Shown: piece after piece, positions 21,183-37,524 of the stretch | How positions within the stretch are numbered: position 1 is the first letter of the stretch | Layout of the letters: the number at the start of each line of letters is the position of its first letter | Source of the DNA: an uncultured delta proteobacterium | GTDB lineage: Bacteria; Myxococcota; Kuafuiibacteriia; Kuafuiibacteriales; Kuafuiibacteriaceae | NCBI GenBank assembly: GCA_963803435.1 | Contig: CAWDML010000003.1 | Coordinates: 384,001 to 448,000, forward strand | DNA length: 64,000 nucleotides | Direction of reading: 5' to 3' | Program-made: the position numbers and the translations under genes | Notes under the pieces: generated by a model | The model's database searches: none | Told to the model about the DNA's origin: nothing | Seen by the model: the letters and a program-made list of their open reading frames with translations, nothing else

Positions 21183-21977
21183 TCAGACAGCCTTGAAGAC
21201 GGCGAGCGCGAGCTCGACCACGATCAGGAGCACGATCGCCCACTCCAGCCGGTTGGAGAGATGGCCCAGCCAGATGTTGAGCGTCAGACCGGTGACGCGC
21301 TCGACCGCCTCGAGCTTCTGCAGCATGGCGAGATGGCGCTCCTTGAGCTCGAGGTTGGAGAAGAGCCCGTCGTAGAGGAGCGCGATGCGTGCATCGTCCC
21401 AGGTCTCCTCAGGACGATCGAGGAGGTAGAAGAGGCTCGCCAGCTCCAGGCGGTCGGTGGTGAGCCGGCCGATGCGCTGGATCAGCGCCCGCGACTCGCC
21501 CGCCACGCGCCCGCGCTCGGCGAGGAAGCGGGCGCGGGGGAGCGCAGCTTCGATCAGGTCGTCGGCCGCCTTCTCGTAGCGCTCGATGGCGGCGGACTGT
21601 CCCAGGAGCAGCGCGACCGCCGCCACCAGACCGGGCTCGCGCGACGGGATCACGACCTGATCCCAGCCGATGCGGGGAGAGGTCTTCGACCGCTCTGGAT
21701 CGACCGCGACGTAGTACGTCTCGGTCGTCTCGGGGAGCGGCCGGCGTCCGACGGACTTCTCGATCGTCTCGGCCAGCGCCGGATCGATCTTTCCCGCGCC
21801 GTCGACCACGACGGCGCCGAAGTCGAAGAGGAAGATCCGCCCGAACTCATCGGCGTCGAACGCGACGCCGTAGACATAGTGCCGGACGACGCCCCAGGCG
21901 AGGCGTTGCGTCGCGGCGACCAGGTCGACACGCCCATCCAGCGCGATGGCAGTCATGGGCCGTGGCGCGGACTCCAC
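21183..21977 (-). CDS. RMD1/DUF155-family protein
   Basis: FLFDFGAVV, LGQSAAIERYE, LDRPEETWD, RLEWAIVLLI. Confidence 0.85.
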   Translation of the reverse strand: MESAPRPMTAIALDGRVDLVAATQRLAWGVVRHYVYGVAFDADEFGRIFLFDFGAVVVDGAGKIDPALAETIEKSVGRRPLPETTETYYVAVDPERSKTSPRIGWDQVVIPSREPGLVAAVALLLGQSAAIERYEKAADDLIEAALPRARFLAERGRVAGESRALIQRIGRLTTDRLELASLFYLLDRPEETWDDARIALLYDGLFSNLELKERHLAMLQKLEAVERVTGLTLNIWLGHLSNRLEWAIVLLIVVELALAVFKAV

Positions 21978-22025
21978 CGCCCGTAACTAGAGCGCGGGTA
22001 GGAAAACCGCAACCTTGGTCGGTGC

Positions 22026-22469
22026 TCAGTGCACCGGAGATTCGGTTGCGGCTTCCTTGCCCTCGACCCCGACGTCGACCGCGCGCAAGCGCCAGTCCCT
22101 GAGCCGGTACTGGATCTTTCGTACGCTGATGCCGAGCATCTTCGCGGCCTTGCTCGTGCTTCCCCCGACCGCTTTGAGCGTCTCGAGGATCGCGTACTTC
22201 TCCAGCTCCTGGATCGTGGAGCCAGGGATCTTGACGCCGGAGGCCGGACGATCACTCGCAATGATCGCACAGCCCATCGACTCGGCCCGGTCCACCAGTG
22301 CCTCGCGTTGCTGGCCGACCACCGACGGGTCGATCAGCATCAGCTTAGGCTCGAAGGACGACAGCGTGTTGATCGCATCGGTGGCGTTGGCCACCTTGTG
22401 AACATCGATGTCGTCACGGTTCAATCTCGACCACTCTTCGTAGGGTCCAACCAAAAGCACCCGCATCAC
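22026..22469 (-). CDS. Small regulator: degenerate receiver-like domain plus Fis-type HTH
   Basis: C-terminal TIQELEKYAILETL...GGSTSKAAKMLGISVRKIQYRL is the sigma54-activator HTH; no AAA+ domain. Confidence 0.8.
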   Translation of the reverse strand: MMRVLLVGPYEEWSRLNRDDIDVHKVANATDAINTLSSFEPKLMLIDPSVVGQQREALVDRAESMGCAIIASDRPASGVKIPGSTIQELEKYAILETLKAVGGSTSKAAKMLGISVRKIQYRLRDWRLRAVDVGVEGKEAATESPVH

Positions 22470-22481
22470 TGACTTGTACGC

Positions 22482-22497
22482 AGCAATAGCCGTGCCC
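22482..22497 (-). promoter_or_regulatory. sigma54 (-24/-12) promoter of the Fis-HTH gene
   Basis: Minus strand GGGCACGGCTATTGCT with correct GG-N10-GC spacing, in an AT-richer intergenic gap. Confidence 0.65.
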
Positions 22498-22559
22498 TTT
22501 ATCGCGCTATTATTTCACTCGACACTGTTGCGATTCGGTAACGAATCGGGCCCTCGGCG

Positions 22560-24383
22560 CTACTCGCCCAGCCGTCGCGGCGGAAGCAGCGCGCGGGTGA
22601 GCGTCTCGCAGGCTTCGAGCACTCTGCGTGCGGCCAGATCATGGGCGAGCGCGGTTTCCGCGTGGCGATCTTGCTCCACCTCGAGCGCCTTTGCCCCCTT
22701 GCGATCCGCCCGGCGATGCGCCCGTTCGGTCGCATGTCTCAGCAGCGCGCGATCGTCTTCGGCCAAGGTGCGCGCGTGAAGGTCGACCTCCAGGGCTGCG
22801 TCGAGCGCCGCCTCGAGGGCAGAGGTCGCGTCGCTGCGCTCGGCCTCGTCGACGGCACCCGTGGCCATGAACAGGGGCGTGGCGCGGGCGAGGGCGGCGG
22901 CCGCCAGGGAGCGGGCGCGCGGCGTCACCAGGGCGGCCAGGCGCGATGCGGTTCGCTCGAGCAGCGGCGTTCGCAAGTGAGCCTGCGGATCGCCTCCGCG
23001 AATCTTCAGCAGGGGCCGACGCGCGTGGGCGCGCACCGCCAGCAGCCCGAGCAAGGAGACCGCGATCGGCACCAGGGGGAAGAAACGGACGGGTGTGGCG
23101 GCGAAGGCGAGGCATGCGAATGCGACGGCGGTCGCCAGGAAGTGGAGCGACAGCGTCGTCGCGATCTCCTTGGGCGTGGCTTCCGGCGCCGCCAGCGGTG
23201 GTCCCAGAACGGCGCGGGCGCGCACGATCTCGGTGCGTGCGCCCAGGTCGCGCAACGAGGAGCAGATGGCGTCGGCGCTGGCGCGGGAGATGCCGACCGC
23301 GACCGGGATCGGCGGGCGAGCGAGGCGCGACGCCAGCCAGCGCCAATGACTGCGAAGTGCCTCGCCGTGACGCCGGCGTAGCCACGCAGCGGTCGCTCGC
23401 GGGTCCGAGACCTCGAGGAGCTGCACCGCGTAGACGCCCGGAGTGAGCGACCACTCGAGCGTGCGCCCGCACCCGGGGCAGATCGGCAGATCGACGATCG
23501 ACGGCACTCCGCAGGCGCTGCAGCTCAAGCGGGTGTCGAGGCGAACGCCGGGAAGATCGCCGTGCCGCTCGAGCGCCACCCCGAGCTCGCCCATGGTGGC
23601 GAAGCGATCCTCGGGCCGGGCCGCCAGCGCGCGGAGCACCACGCGGTCGATCCACTCGGGGAGCTCGGGGCGGAGCGAGGACGGCGGCGGCGGGTCCAGG
23701 AAGCCACGCGCCGCCAGCTCGGCGATGCTCTCGGCCTGGCGCGCCGGACGCCCGGTGAGCATCTCGAACAGGATCGCGCCGAGCGCATAGACGTCCGCGC
23801 GCTCGTCCGTGATGCGCGAGCGAAACGTTTCGGGTGCCACGTAGCGTGGCGAGCCCACGATCGCACCGGTGCGGGTCAGCGTCAGCGCGCTCGAGAACCA
23901 AGCGACACCGAAGTCGACGATCACGGGACCGCGCTGGGGATGGAGGATCACGTTCGAGGGTTTGAGATCGCGGTGGATCACGCCGGCGCGGTGGCAATCG
24001 GAGAGCGTGCGGGACAGCGTGGCCATCAACGCGAGCGCGTCGTCGATCTCGAGGCGGCCCCGGGCGAGCCGCGTGGCCAGGCTGTCGCCTTCCACGTACT
24101 CCATCACCAGCACGTCGAGCTCGGCGAACCGCTCGAAGCGGAGGGCGCGCGCGAGACCGCGGTGGTCCACCTGGGAGAGGATTGCGAACTCCCGCTCGAA
24201 GCGGAGGCGCGCGATCGGATCGGCGCTGCGAAGCGGGTCGAAGACCTTCAACGCCACTTCGAAGCCACCGCGCTCGTCGTCGGCGCGGTAGACGCTGGCC
24301 ACCGTGCCCTCGGCGACTTTCTCGACGATCCGGTAGCGCCCCGCGAATAGGCTGGCGGCCGGGATCGCGTGGGCGAGCACCAT
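22560..24383 (-). CDS. Hanks-type Ser/Thr kinase with Zn ribbon and TM segments
   Basis: [18 protein letters not shown]; CSAC-x10-CPGC; hydrophobic helices. Confidence 0.92.
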   Translation of the reverse strand: MVLAHAIPAASLFAGRYRIVEKVAEGTVASVYRADDERGGFEVALKVFDPLRSADPIARLRFEREFAILSQVDHRGLARALRFERFAELDVLVMEYVEGDSLATRLARGRLEIDDALALMATLSRTLSDCHRAGVIHRDLKPSNVILHPQRGPVIVDFGVAWFSSALTLTRTGAIVGSPRYVAPETFRSRITDERADVYALGAILFEMLTGRPARQAESIAELAARGFLDPPPPSSLRPELPEWIDRVVLRALAARPEDRFATMGELGVALERHGDLPGVRLDTRLSCSACGVPSIVDLPICPGCGRTLEWSLTPGVYAVQLLEVSDPRATAAWLRRRHGEALRSHWRWLASRLARPPIPVAVGISRASADAICSSLRDLGARTEIVRARAVLGPPLAAPEATPKEIATTLSLHFLATAVAFACLAFAATPVRFFPLVPIAVSLLGLLAVRAHARRPLLKIRGGDPQAHLRTPLLERTASRLAALVTPRARSLAAAALARATPLFMATGAVDEAERSDATSALEAALDAALEVDLHARTLAEDDRALLRHATERAHRRADRKGAKALEVEQDRHAETALAHDLAARRVLEACETLTRALLPPRRLGE

Positions 24384-26851
24384 CAGAGCCGGTCTCCCGT
24401 CTCATCGGGGAGAGCCGCGGCCCAGCGCTCCGCGGCCTCCGCCTCCATCTTGCCGGCCACGCGGAGCAGCTCGAAGCGAAGCGCCAGGTCGGCGTCGGAC
24501 TCGAGGATGCAGCGCGCTTGAAACGATTGATCGGCGTGGCAAGCGGAGCGCGCAGCGGGCTCCTGTGAGCGAAGTTGCCCCGCGTGCGCCTGGTCGAGCG
24601 CCTTCGAGAGGACGGCGATCTGCTCGGGGTCGAGATCGTGTGCCAGCTCGGCGGCACGCCGCTTGGTCGCCTCGAGGAAGGCGTCGCCGTTGCTCCGCTC
24701 CGCCAGTCGATCGGCAGCGGTCAACGCGCAGGCGGGGAGTCGCGACCGCGGTGGGATCTTCTCGTTCGGCCGATCGACCTCGGCCAGAAGCCGGTCCCCC
24801 TCGCGCATGAAGCGCCGGCGCCGGGCGATCATCAGGGCCAGCAGCGCCAGATCGAGGGCCAGGATCGCGCCGATCAGGCCGGCGGCGCGGGCGTCCAGCC
24901 ACTCCGGGAGCAGCGGCGCCTCGACGGCGCGGGTCGGCTCGATGAGCTCGGGCTCGAGCGGCTCCGGCGCCGGCGCCGGCTCCGGCACCGGCTCGTCGAG
25001 CGGGTCGGCGACGGGCGGATCGCTCCGGATCCCGTCGAGGGGCTCGGTCCGCACCGGCGTCGAGAGATCGAGGTCGGACTGGGTCCACAGGCTCCAGAAG
25101 GTCGGGACCAGGTCGCGCATGATCGCGCCGCCGGCCAGCTCCAGCGGCACCATCGCGATCACGGTGACCGAGAGCAGCGTGGCGAGTCGGCGGCGGATCG
25201 GAGCGATCGATCGATCGGGCGAGGACAGCACCGTCCGGATCTTCTCCAGCGCGCCCGGCTCTGCGGAGCCGCAGGCCGGCTTGCGTCCGCGCGGGAACCG
25301 GACGAAGCAGGCGGCGACCGCGGCCATCGACGTGCTCACGCCGGCGGTCACCAGCGCGGGGGCCAGCTCGAGCGGGAGATGGACGCCGCACAGGAGATTC
25401 AGCCCGCGATCGAGCAGCGGCAGCATCACACCGGTGCCGGCGAGGAGCGGTCCACCCGCGATCAGTGCATCGCGCATCCGGGGCGCGACCGGAGCCTGCG
25501 ATCGCGAGACGAGGCCGTGGCAGGCGCGGTCGAGGGCGACGGCGCGCTCGGCCAGCAGCGCGCCCGCGGTGGGTAGCACCATCAGGAGCGCGCCGAGCAG
25601 CGGCAGATCGGAGAAGAGGCAGAGGAGCGCACCGACCAGCAGCGCCGCCGCCAGGTAGAAGGGGACGCGGGTGTTCCAGTGGGACACGCCGGGGTCCTCG
25701 TCGATCCGGCACTCGGCACCCGCCTCGCGCAGCCGATCGGCGAGCGCGATCGCCTCGCCGCGATCGATCAGCGACACGATGCGCTGCGGCGCGGCGCCGA
25801 CGGCAGCGAGGCGTTGGAACAGCGGCGGAAGCTCATCGCCGGCGGCGAGCTCCGGGAACGACGAGAGCAGCTCGGCGGCCAGCGGCGCCGGCTCACGGAT
25901 CGCCACCAGCGTCACCGAGGCGTGGCCGGGGAGGAAGCAGAACGGATGATCGGAGATGCACGCGGGGCAGACGTTGCTCGCCGGCGGAATGGCGGCGCCA
26001 CAGTGGAGGCAGGGCGGAAGCCGGGAGCGGCGCGCGAGCAGGCGGCGCTCGGCGGCGGGATGATCGAGGGCCCAGAGCGCGTGAGACGCGGAGGCGTAGC
26101 GGTCTTCAGGCGCCCGGTCGAGGCAGCGATCGATGACCTGGGCCAGTCGCTCGGGCGTGTCCTCACGGACCGTGACGACCCGGGGCGCGTCCTCGTGCAT
26201 GCGGCGCCAGGCGAGCTCGGTGAGCGTGTCGGCGACCTGCGGTGCCCGTCCGGTCAGCGCCTCGAACACGGTGGCGCCGGCGCCGTACAGGTCGACGCGA
26301 GGATCGTAGACCGGCCCGGCGAACAGCTCGGGTGCCATGTAATCGGGCGTGCCCACGCTGGTCCCGGTGGCCGTCAGCTGCGAGGACGCGTCGAGGCGCG
26401 CCGAGCCGAAGTCGAGCAGGAAGATCCGTCCGTCCTCGGTGAGGCGGACGTTCTGCGGCTTGACGTCGCGGTGAACGATGCCGGCGCCGTGGGCGACCTG
26501 GAGGACCTCGAGGAGCTGGCGGAACATGCGCTCGGCTTTCACGAACGCGACCGGACCCTCGACCGCGATCTGCTCCTTGAGATCGCGGCCCGGGACGTAG
26601 TCCATCACGATCGTCGGATCACCCTGCCAGCGAATGACGTCGAAGATGGGGACGATCGCGGGGTGCTGGAGGCGACCGAGCGCTTCGAGCTCGCGGCGCA
26701 GCCTGGAGAGGGCTTCGGCGTCGCGCGCCAGCTGGCGGTGGATGCGCTTGAGCGCGACGGTGCGGCCGGCGGCGGTGGTCGCGCGAAACACGCGGCTGGT
26801 GGCGCCGGTTCCGCAGAGGACGAGGTCGCGGAAGCCGGGCGGCGGCAGCAT
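24383..26851 (-). CDS. Hanks-type Ser/Thr kinase with Zn ribbon and multiple TM segments
   Basis: VALK, HRDVKPQN, DFG, APE; CLHC-x10-CPAC; several TM helices; TGATG overlap with the next kinase. Confidence 0.92.
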   Translation of the reverse strand: MLPPPGFRDLVLCGTGATSRVFRATTAAGRTVALKRIHRQLARDAEALSRLRRELEALGRLQHPAIVPIFDVIRWQGDPTIVMDYVPGRDLKEQIAVEGPVAFVKAERMFRQLLEVLQVAHGAGIVHRDVKPQNVRLTEDGRIFLLDFGSARLDASSQLTATGTSVGTPDYMAPELFAGPVYDPRVDLYGAGATVFEALTGRAPQVADTLTELAWRRMHEDAPRVVTVREDTPERLAQVIDRCLDRAPEDRYASASHALWALDHPAAERRLLARRSRLPPCLHCGAAIPPASNVCPACISDHPFCFLPGHASVTLVAIREPAPLAAELLSSFPELAAGDELPPLFQRLAAVGAAPQRIVSLIDRGEAIALADRLREAGAECRIDEDPGVSHWNTRVPFYLAAALLVGALLCLFSDLPLLGALLMVLPTAGALLAERAVALDRACHGLVSRSQAPVAPRMRDALIAGGPLLAGTGVMLPLLDRGLNLLCGVHLPLELAPALVTAGVSTSMAAVAACFVRFPRGRKPACGSAEPGALEKIRTVLSSPDRSIAPIRRRLATLLSVTVIAMVPLELAGGAIMRDLVPTFWSLWTQSDLDLSTPVRTEPLDGIRSDPPVADPLDEPVPEPAPAPEPLEPELIEPTRAVEAPLLPEWLDARAAGLIGAILALDLALLALMIARRRRFMREGDRLLAEVDRPNEKIPPRSRLPACALTAADRLAERSNGDAFLEATKRRAAELAHDLDPEQIAVLSKALDQAHAGQLRSQEPAARSACHADQSFQARCILESDADLALRFELLRVAGKMEAEAAERWAAALPDETGDRL

Positions 26852-26896
26852 CGTTCGATTGTAACCGGTCCGCGGGGGCGCGTTATGCCCTCCGCG

Positions 26897-27775
26897 TCAG
26901 AGGGGTGAGCCGACCGCGGTCACCTCCCACCTCTTGGGCGGCTCCACTTCGAAGGTGCCGACGGAGATGGAGAAGCCGGAGGAGCCGCCCGCGTCGATCT
27001 CTTTGCGGGTGGCCGTGCCGCTCGCGAACGCCACGGGCTGATCCGAGGCGTCGCGGCCCACGACGATGATGTTGACGAAGCGGACTTGCCGCAGGTGGGG
27101 ATTCTTCACCGTGCCGATCAGGTCGCGCATCGATCCGAAGGAGGGGTTCTCGCGGAACTCGGTCACCTCGAGTGTGACCTCGGGGAGCGCGAAGCCACTG
27201 GCGGGCTGCACCAGGCTGAGCGCGTCGCGATGGTACGGAGGCGGATGGCTCACCAGCACCAGGATCGTGGTGGTCTGCCCGGGCTGGAGCCGCTTGATCG
27301 CGGCGTACCCCTTTTGCTCACCGACGCGCTGGCCGGCCTCGTCGAACAGGCTCACCGCGACGCTCGGGCTCGTGATCTCGACGTCGCCGCTGTTTCGGTA
27401 GTCGACCAGCCAGAAGCGGCCGCCGATGCGCGTGGTACCGTCGATGGCGTGCACGATCTCGGCGGACGGGGGCGCGGCGCTGTTCGTGGTGAACGCCGGC
27501 GGCGGGGGTGCGGGCGGCGGGGGCGCCGAGGGCGGGGGCGTCGACCTTCGCAGCATGAACGCGGCCACCATCCCGGCCATCATCATCCCGAAGAAGACGG
27601 AGAGGACGATGGCGATGGGGCGCTGCGGACGCGACGGTCCGGAGGCGATGGAGGTGGATGGCGCCGAAGTCGCGAGGAAGTACGACTCGCAATGGTTGCA
27701 GCGGAAGTCGCCGGATCCACGCGCCGTGATGTCCGAGGCGCCGCAGTTGGGGCACGTGATGGGCGTCGTCTTCAT
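26897..27775 (-). CDS. Zn-ribbon membrane protein with Pro linker and tandem FxLYD-like beta domains
   Basis: CPNC...CNHC, one TM helix, poly-Pro, YRNSG...VSLFDEAG and GTVKN...GRDASD repeats. Confidence 0.72.
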   Translation of the reverse strand: MKTTPITCPNCGASDITARGSGDFRCNHCESYFLATSAPSTSIASGPSRPQRPIAIVLSVFFGMMMAGMVAAFMLRRSTPPPSAPPPPAPPPPAFTTNSAAPPSAEIVHAIDGTTRIGGRFWLVDYRNSGDVEITSPSVAVSLFDEAGQRVGEQKGYAAIKRLQPGQTTTILVLVSHPPPYHRDALSLVQPASGFALPEVTLEVTEFRENPSFGSMRDLIGTVKNPHLRQVRFVNIIVVGRDASDQPVAFASGTATRKEIDAGGSSGFSISVGTFEVEPPKRWEVTAVGSPL

Positions 27776-27847
27776 CGGCGCGGGAGGCGCCAGCCTACGA
27801 CGGAGTGGGGAGGTGGTGCCACAGAGGGAAGCGCCTAAGATGAGAGG

Positions 27848-31475
<3,628 letters not shown>

Positions 31476-31479
31476 CAAC

Positions 31480-32061
31480 ATGCGCGGCGTGCGTCGGAAG
31501 GTCCGACGAGCCGCGGCGCTGGCGGCGATCGCGCTCGGGATCGTGTACACGATCATCGTCGCGCCGGTGAACCTCGCCGTGCGCGGGCTGGGCGGTCGGC
31601 CGGCGTTGCTGTCGCCGTTTCACTACGGGGACAAGGTGCACGCGCTCTGCGCGTTCGCGTTCCACGAGGTGCGTCACCTCTTCGTCGATCACGCGGACCC
31701 CCGCGCCTTGATCGTGAAGTCGGCCAGGAAGCACGGTGTGCCGGAGGATCTGGCCCTCGCGATCGGCTTCGCCGAATCGAGCTATCTTCCGCACCGCGTG
31801 AGCGACTGCGGCGCCATGGGGATCATGCAGCTCATGCCCGACACGGCGGGCGAGCTCGGCGTCTTCGACCCGTACGACTCGGAGCAGAACATCGACGGGG
31901 GCGTGCGCTACCTGGCGCGGCTGTGGCGGCGGTATCACGGCGATCGGCGCCGCGTGGCGGCCGCGTATCACGCCGGTCCGGGCCTGGTACCGAGGCGCGG
32001 GCCGCTCGAGCTCCCCAGCGACACCCAGCGCTACGTCCGCGCCGTGCTGCGGCGCCGCTGA
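31480..32061 (+). CDS. Lytic transglycosylase (SLT domain)
   Basis: AESSY, GAMGIMQLMP, NIDGGVRYL, AAYHAGPG, DTQRYV; N-terminal TM. Confidence 0.92.
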   Translation: MRGVRRKVRRAAALAAIALGIVYTIIVAPVNLAVRGLGGRPALLSPFHYGDKVHALCAFAFHEVRHLFVDHADPRALIVKSARKHGVPEDLALAIGFAESSYLPHRVSDCGAMGIMQLMPDTAGELGVFDPYDSEQNIDGGVRYLARLWRRYHGDRRRVAAAYHAGPGLVPRRGPLELPSDTQRYVRAVLRRR

Positions 32062-32107
32062 GCGCTGCGGCGTTGTTGTGTCGAAGTGACGCAACGCCGA
32101 TCTCCGC

Positions 32108-34189
<2,082 letters not shown>

Positions 34190-35470
34190 AGCGGCCCTTC
34201 GCCCTGATCTTCCGCAGGTTGCCGTAGTGGCCGCCCACCACGCGATCGATGAAGACGACCTCGATCGGCGCCTGCAGCGAGTTGAGCCGCAACAGGAGAC
34301 CGGGGATCAGCGCCTTGATGTCGTCGTGGATGGTGGAGGTCGCGTAGTCGAACTCGCCCATGAACGGCTCGACCAGCACCTTCCACCAGCGCCGGTAGTA
34401 CGCCTCCTCGATCGGGGGCCCGTCGGGACGGCGCGCGCCCAGATCGATCATGCCCTGCTCGATGCCGTCGAAGTCCTCCTCGAACGCGCAGCGGATCGTG
34501 CGGGCGTAGGCCTCGGCGATCTCGGGCTTGATCTTCTTGACGCAGCCGAAGTCGTACATCACCACCCGGCCGTCCTTGCGGAAGGCGAAGTTGGCCGGGT
34601 TGGGATCGGCGTGAAGCGCGCGGAAGTCGAAGATCTGGGAGAGCGTGATCAGGAAGAGGTTCCGGCCGATCAGGTTGCGGAGCTGCTGTGAGTAGCCCTC
34701 GCGATCGAGGTGCTCGATGTCATCGCCGGGCTCGTACGTCAGCGTGAGGACGCGCTGGCTCGAGCGCTCGCCGACCACCTCGGGGATGACGACGAAGTCG
34801 TCGCCGTGGTGCAGCTTGCGGAAGAGGCGCACGTTGTCGGCCTCGTTGCAGTAGTCGAGCTCCTCGTGGAGTCGAGCCTTGATCTCACCGAACAGCTCGT
34901 CGAGGTTCTTCTTGGTGGTCCGCACCAGACCGCTGGCCTTGAGCGCCAGCTTGAGGTGCGCCAGGTCCGAGTCGACGCTCCGATCGACGCCGGGGTACTG
35001 CACCTTCACCACCACCTCGCGACCGTCGTCGGTGCGGGCGCGATGGACCTGCCCGATGGAGGCGGCGGCGAACGGCTCCGGATCGAACCGAGAGAAGAGC
35101 TGCCCGGGGATGGAGCCGAGCTCGCGCTCGATCTGCTCTTCGATGAGCTGGTACGGCATCGGCGGGGCCTCACGCTGGAGGGTGCGGAGCGCGCCCGAGA
35201 TCTCCTTCGGCAGGAAGTCGGCCTGGATGGAGGCCATCTGGCCCAGCTTCATGGCGGCGCCCTTGAGCTCGCCCAGAGTCTCCGCGATCCGCTCGCCGCT
35301 CTCCCGGTAGGATCGCGCGCGCTCGACCGCCGCGTCCTCGGCCGACTTGAAGGCCGACTTCACTCGGGACGCTGCATAGTTCGCGGCCACCGACGCGGTC
35401 ATCGAGGCGAGCTTCATGAATCGCTTGCCCCGCGTCGCCGGACGGCCGGGCTTCTTGCGCTCCTCCTCGC

Positions 35471-37310
35471 TCACCGCGGCAGCATATCAACCGGCGGGAA
35501 TGAACGCGACGCTGAAGGAGAGCCGCATGTCAGCGTCTCCAGGTACCACGCGCGCAGCGCCAGCTCGGCGTGGGCGCGATCGAGCTGGCTGCGGACTCGC
35601 CAGACGTTGAGCGCGGGGAGGACCGCGGCGCCGAAGGTGACCAGCGAGAGGAGCACGATGGTCGGCAGCTCGCGGAGCTGGCTGGCCTGCGCCCGGATCA
35701 GCATGCCGGCGTCGCTGAAACTGTACGATTGCGGGAGCACGCCCGCGTACTCCAGGAGCAGGGGCGCCATGAGCGCGATCGCCGTCATCGACGCGAGCAG
35801 CGCCACCTCGTCTCTGCGGGCGTAGAACAGCTTGGCGCTGAGGAAGCCCGCCGCCAGGTTGGGGACCAGGATCAGGGGGCCGAACAGCCGCGTGGCCACC
35901 ATGAGCGCGGCCAGGCCGAACAAGAGGCAGAACGCCCGCGCATACTTGAACCGCGCCGGTCCGCGGAAGCCCTCGAGGGCGTCGGTCAGCGTGAAGAGCC
36001 CGTGCAGGACGACGAACGCGATCACCGCCGGCCAGTCGCGGATGCCCATGAAGGGCGCGAGCAGGGCGAGGCCGACGAGGACGCTGACCAGCAGGGCGAT
36101 GCGACCTCGAGCGCCCCGCACGATCGCCGCCTCGGCGTCGGCGCGAAGCGTTCGACCGACGCCCTTGGGCTCGACGCGCGGCGGGTGGAGGAGGAGGCGG
36201 ATCAGCGCCTTCCGTGCGGTTAGGCTCTCGGGATCGAGCGCCAGGGCGCGGCTGAGCTCCCGCATGGCGTCGGCGTGGTCGCGCTCCTCGGTCGCTGGAT
36301 TGTGCTCGAGGGCGCGCTCGACCAACCGCGCGGCGGTGTCCATTCGCTTCTCTGCGAGCTCGCGGCGGAGCTCGAGATCCCTATCGCCGTCGAGGAAGCG
36401 ATCGACGGCCTCCACCAGCGCGTGCACCGACGGGTAGCGCCCGTTCGGATCGGTCCGCGTCGCGCGGGTACAGAATCTCCTGGAGCTCGGGGGTGAGCCG
36501 GATGTCCGCGACCTGCGTCGGCTCGCCCGGTCCGGTGATGCGGCGGGTGTCGTCGTCGTCCCAATCCGACGAGCGCGGCGCCAGCGGGCGAAGGGTGAGG
36601 ATCTCGTAGAGGATGGCGCCGAGCGCGTAGACGTCGGTGCGCACGTCGACCTCACGGTCGCGGTCGGCCTGCTCGGGCGCCATGTATCCGGGCGTGCCGA
36701 GCACCATGCCGCCGACCGTGGGCGCGCGCGCCTCGCGCGTCGGTGTCGACAGCGGTTTGGCGAGGCCCCAGTCGAGCACGTGGACCTCGCCGAAGTCTCC
36801 CAGCATCACGTTCGAGGGCTTGAGATCCCGATGCAGCACGCCATGGGCGTGCGCGTAGTCGATCGCCAGGCAGAGCTGGCGAAACATCGAGAGCAGCTTC
36901 CCGCGCGTGTGCCTCTGGAGTGCCTCCGGATCGCCGTCGCGGAGCGCCTTGAGCACCGCGTGCAGCGTGGTGCCGCGGACGCGCTTCATGACGAAGTACG
37001 GGCCCACCTCGGGCGCGACGCCGAGATCGTAGATGGGCACGACCGACGGGTGCTCGAGCTGGCCCTGGATGTACGCCTCGTGGAGGAATCGCGTCTTCAG
37101 CTCCTCGTTGTCCCGGTGGCTGGCCGCGATGACCTTGACGGCGACGTCGCGACCGATGCGACGATCGGTGCAGAGGAAGACCTCGCCCATCCCGCCCCGG
37201 CCCAGCACCTGGTTTCGGACGTAGCGCTCCTCGAAGGGGAGGATGTCGTGCAGCCCTGGCTCGGCGCCGGCTCCGTCCGTGATGTCGGTGAAGCGGGTGA
37301 TGCGAGACAT
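35471..37310 (-). CDS. Ser/Thr kinase with C-terminal multi-TM domain; apparent +1 frameshift at ~36474
   Basis: [33 protein letters not shown]. Removing one base gives EICTRAT..DP..RYPS, then ~6 hydrophobic helices. Confidence 0.88.
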
Positions 37311-37524
37311 GCCAGAAAAGCCTAGCGCGAACGTCGCGCCCTCCGCAGGCCGGGTCGGCGTGGAAGGGAAGTTGCCGTGTGAACGGCGAGTCCGCAGCGC
37401 GGTCGTGAACGCGCCTGAGGGCGCCTGTCCTCGCCTCGAGCTGCTGGAGAGGGGCCGTGGCCGCGCGGTTCACGTCCCCGGCGATCAGATCCTCGTGCCG
37501 GCCGGAGGAACGGGCGGATGAGGC

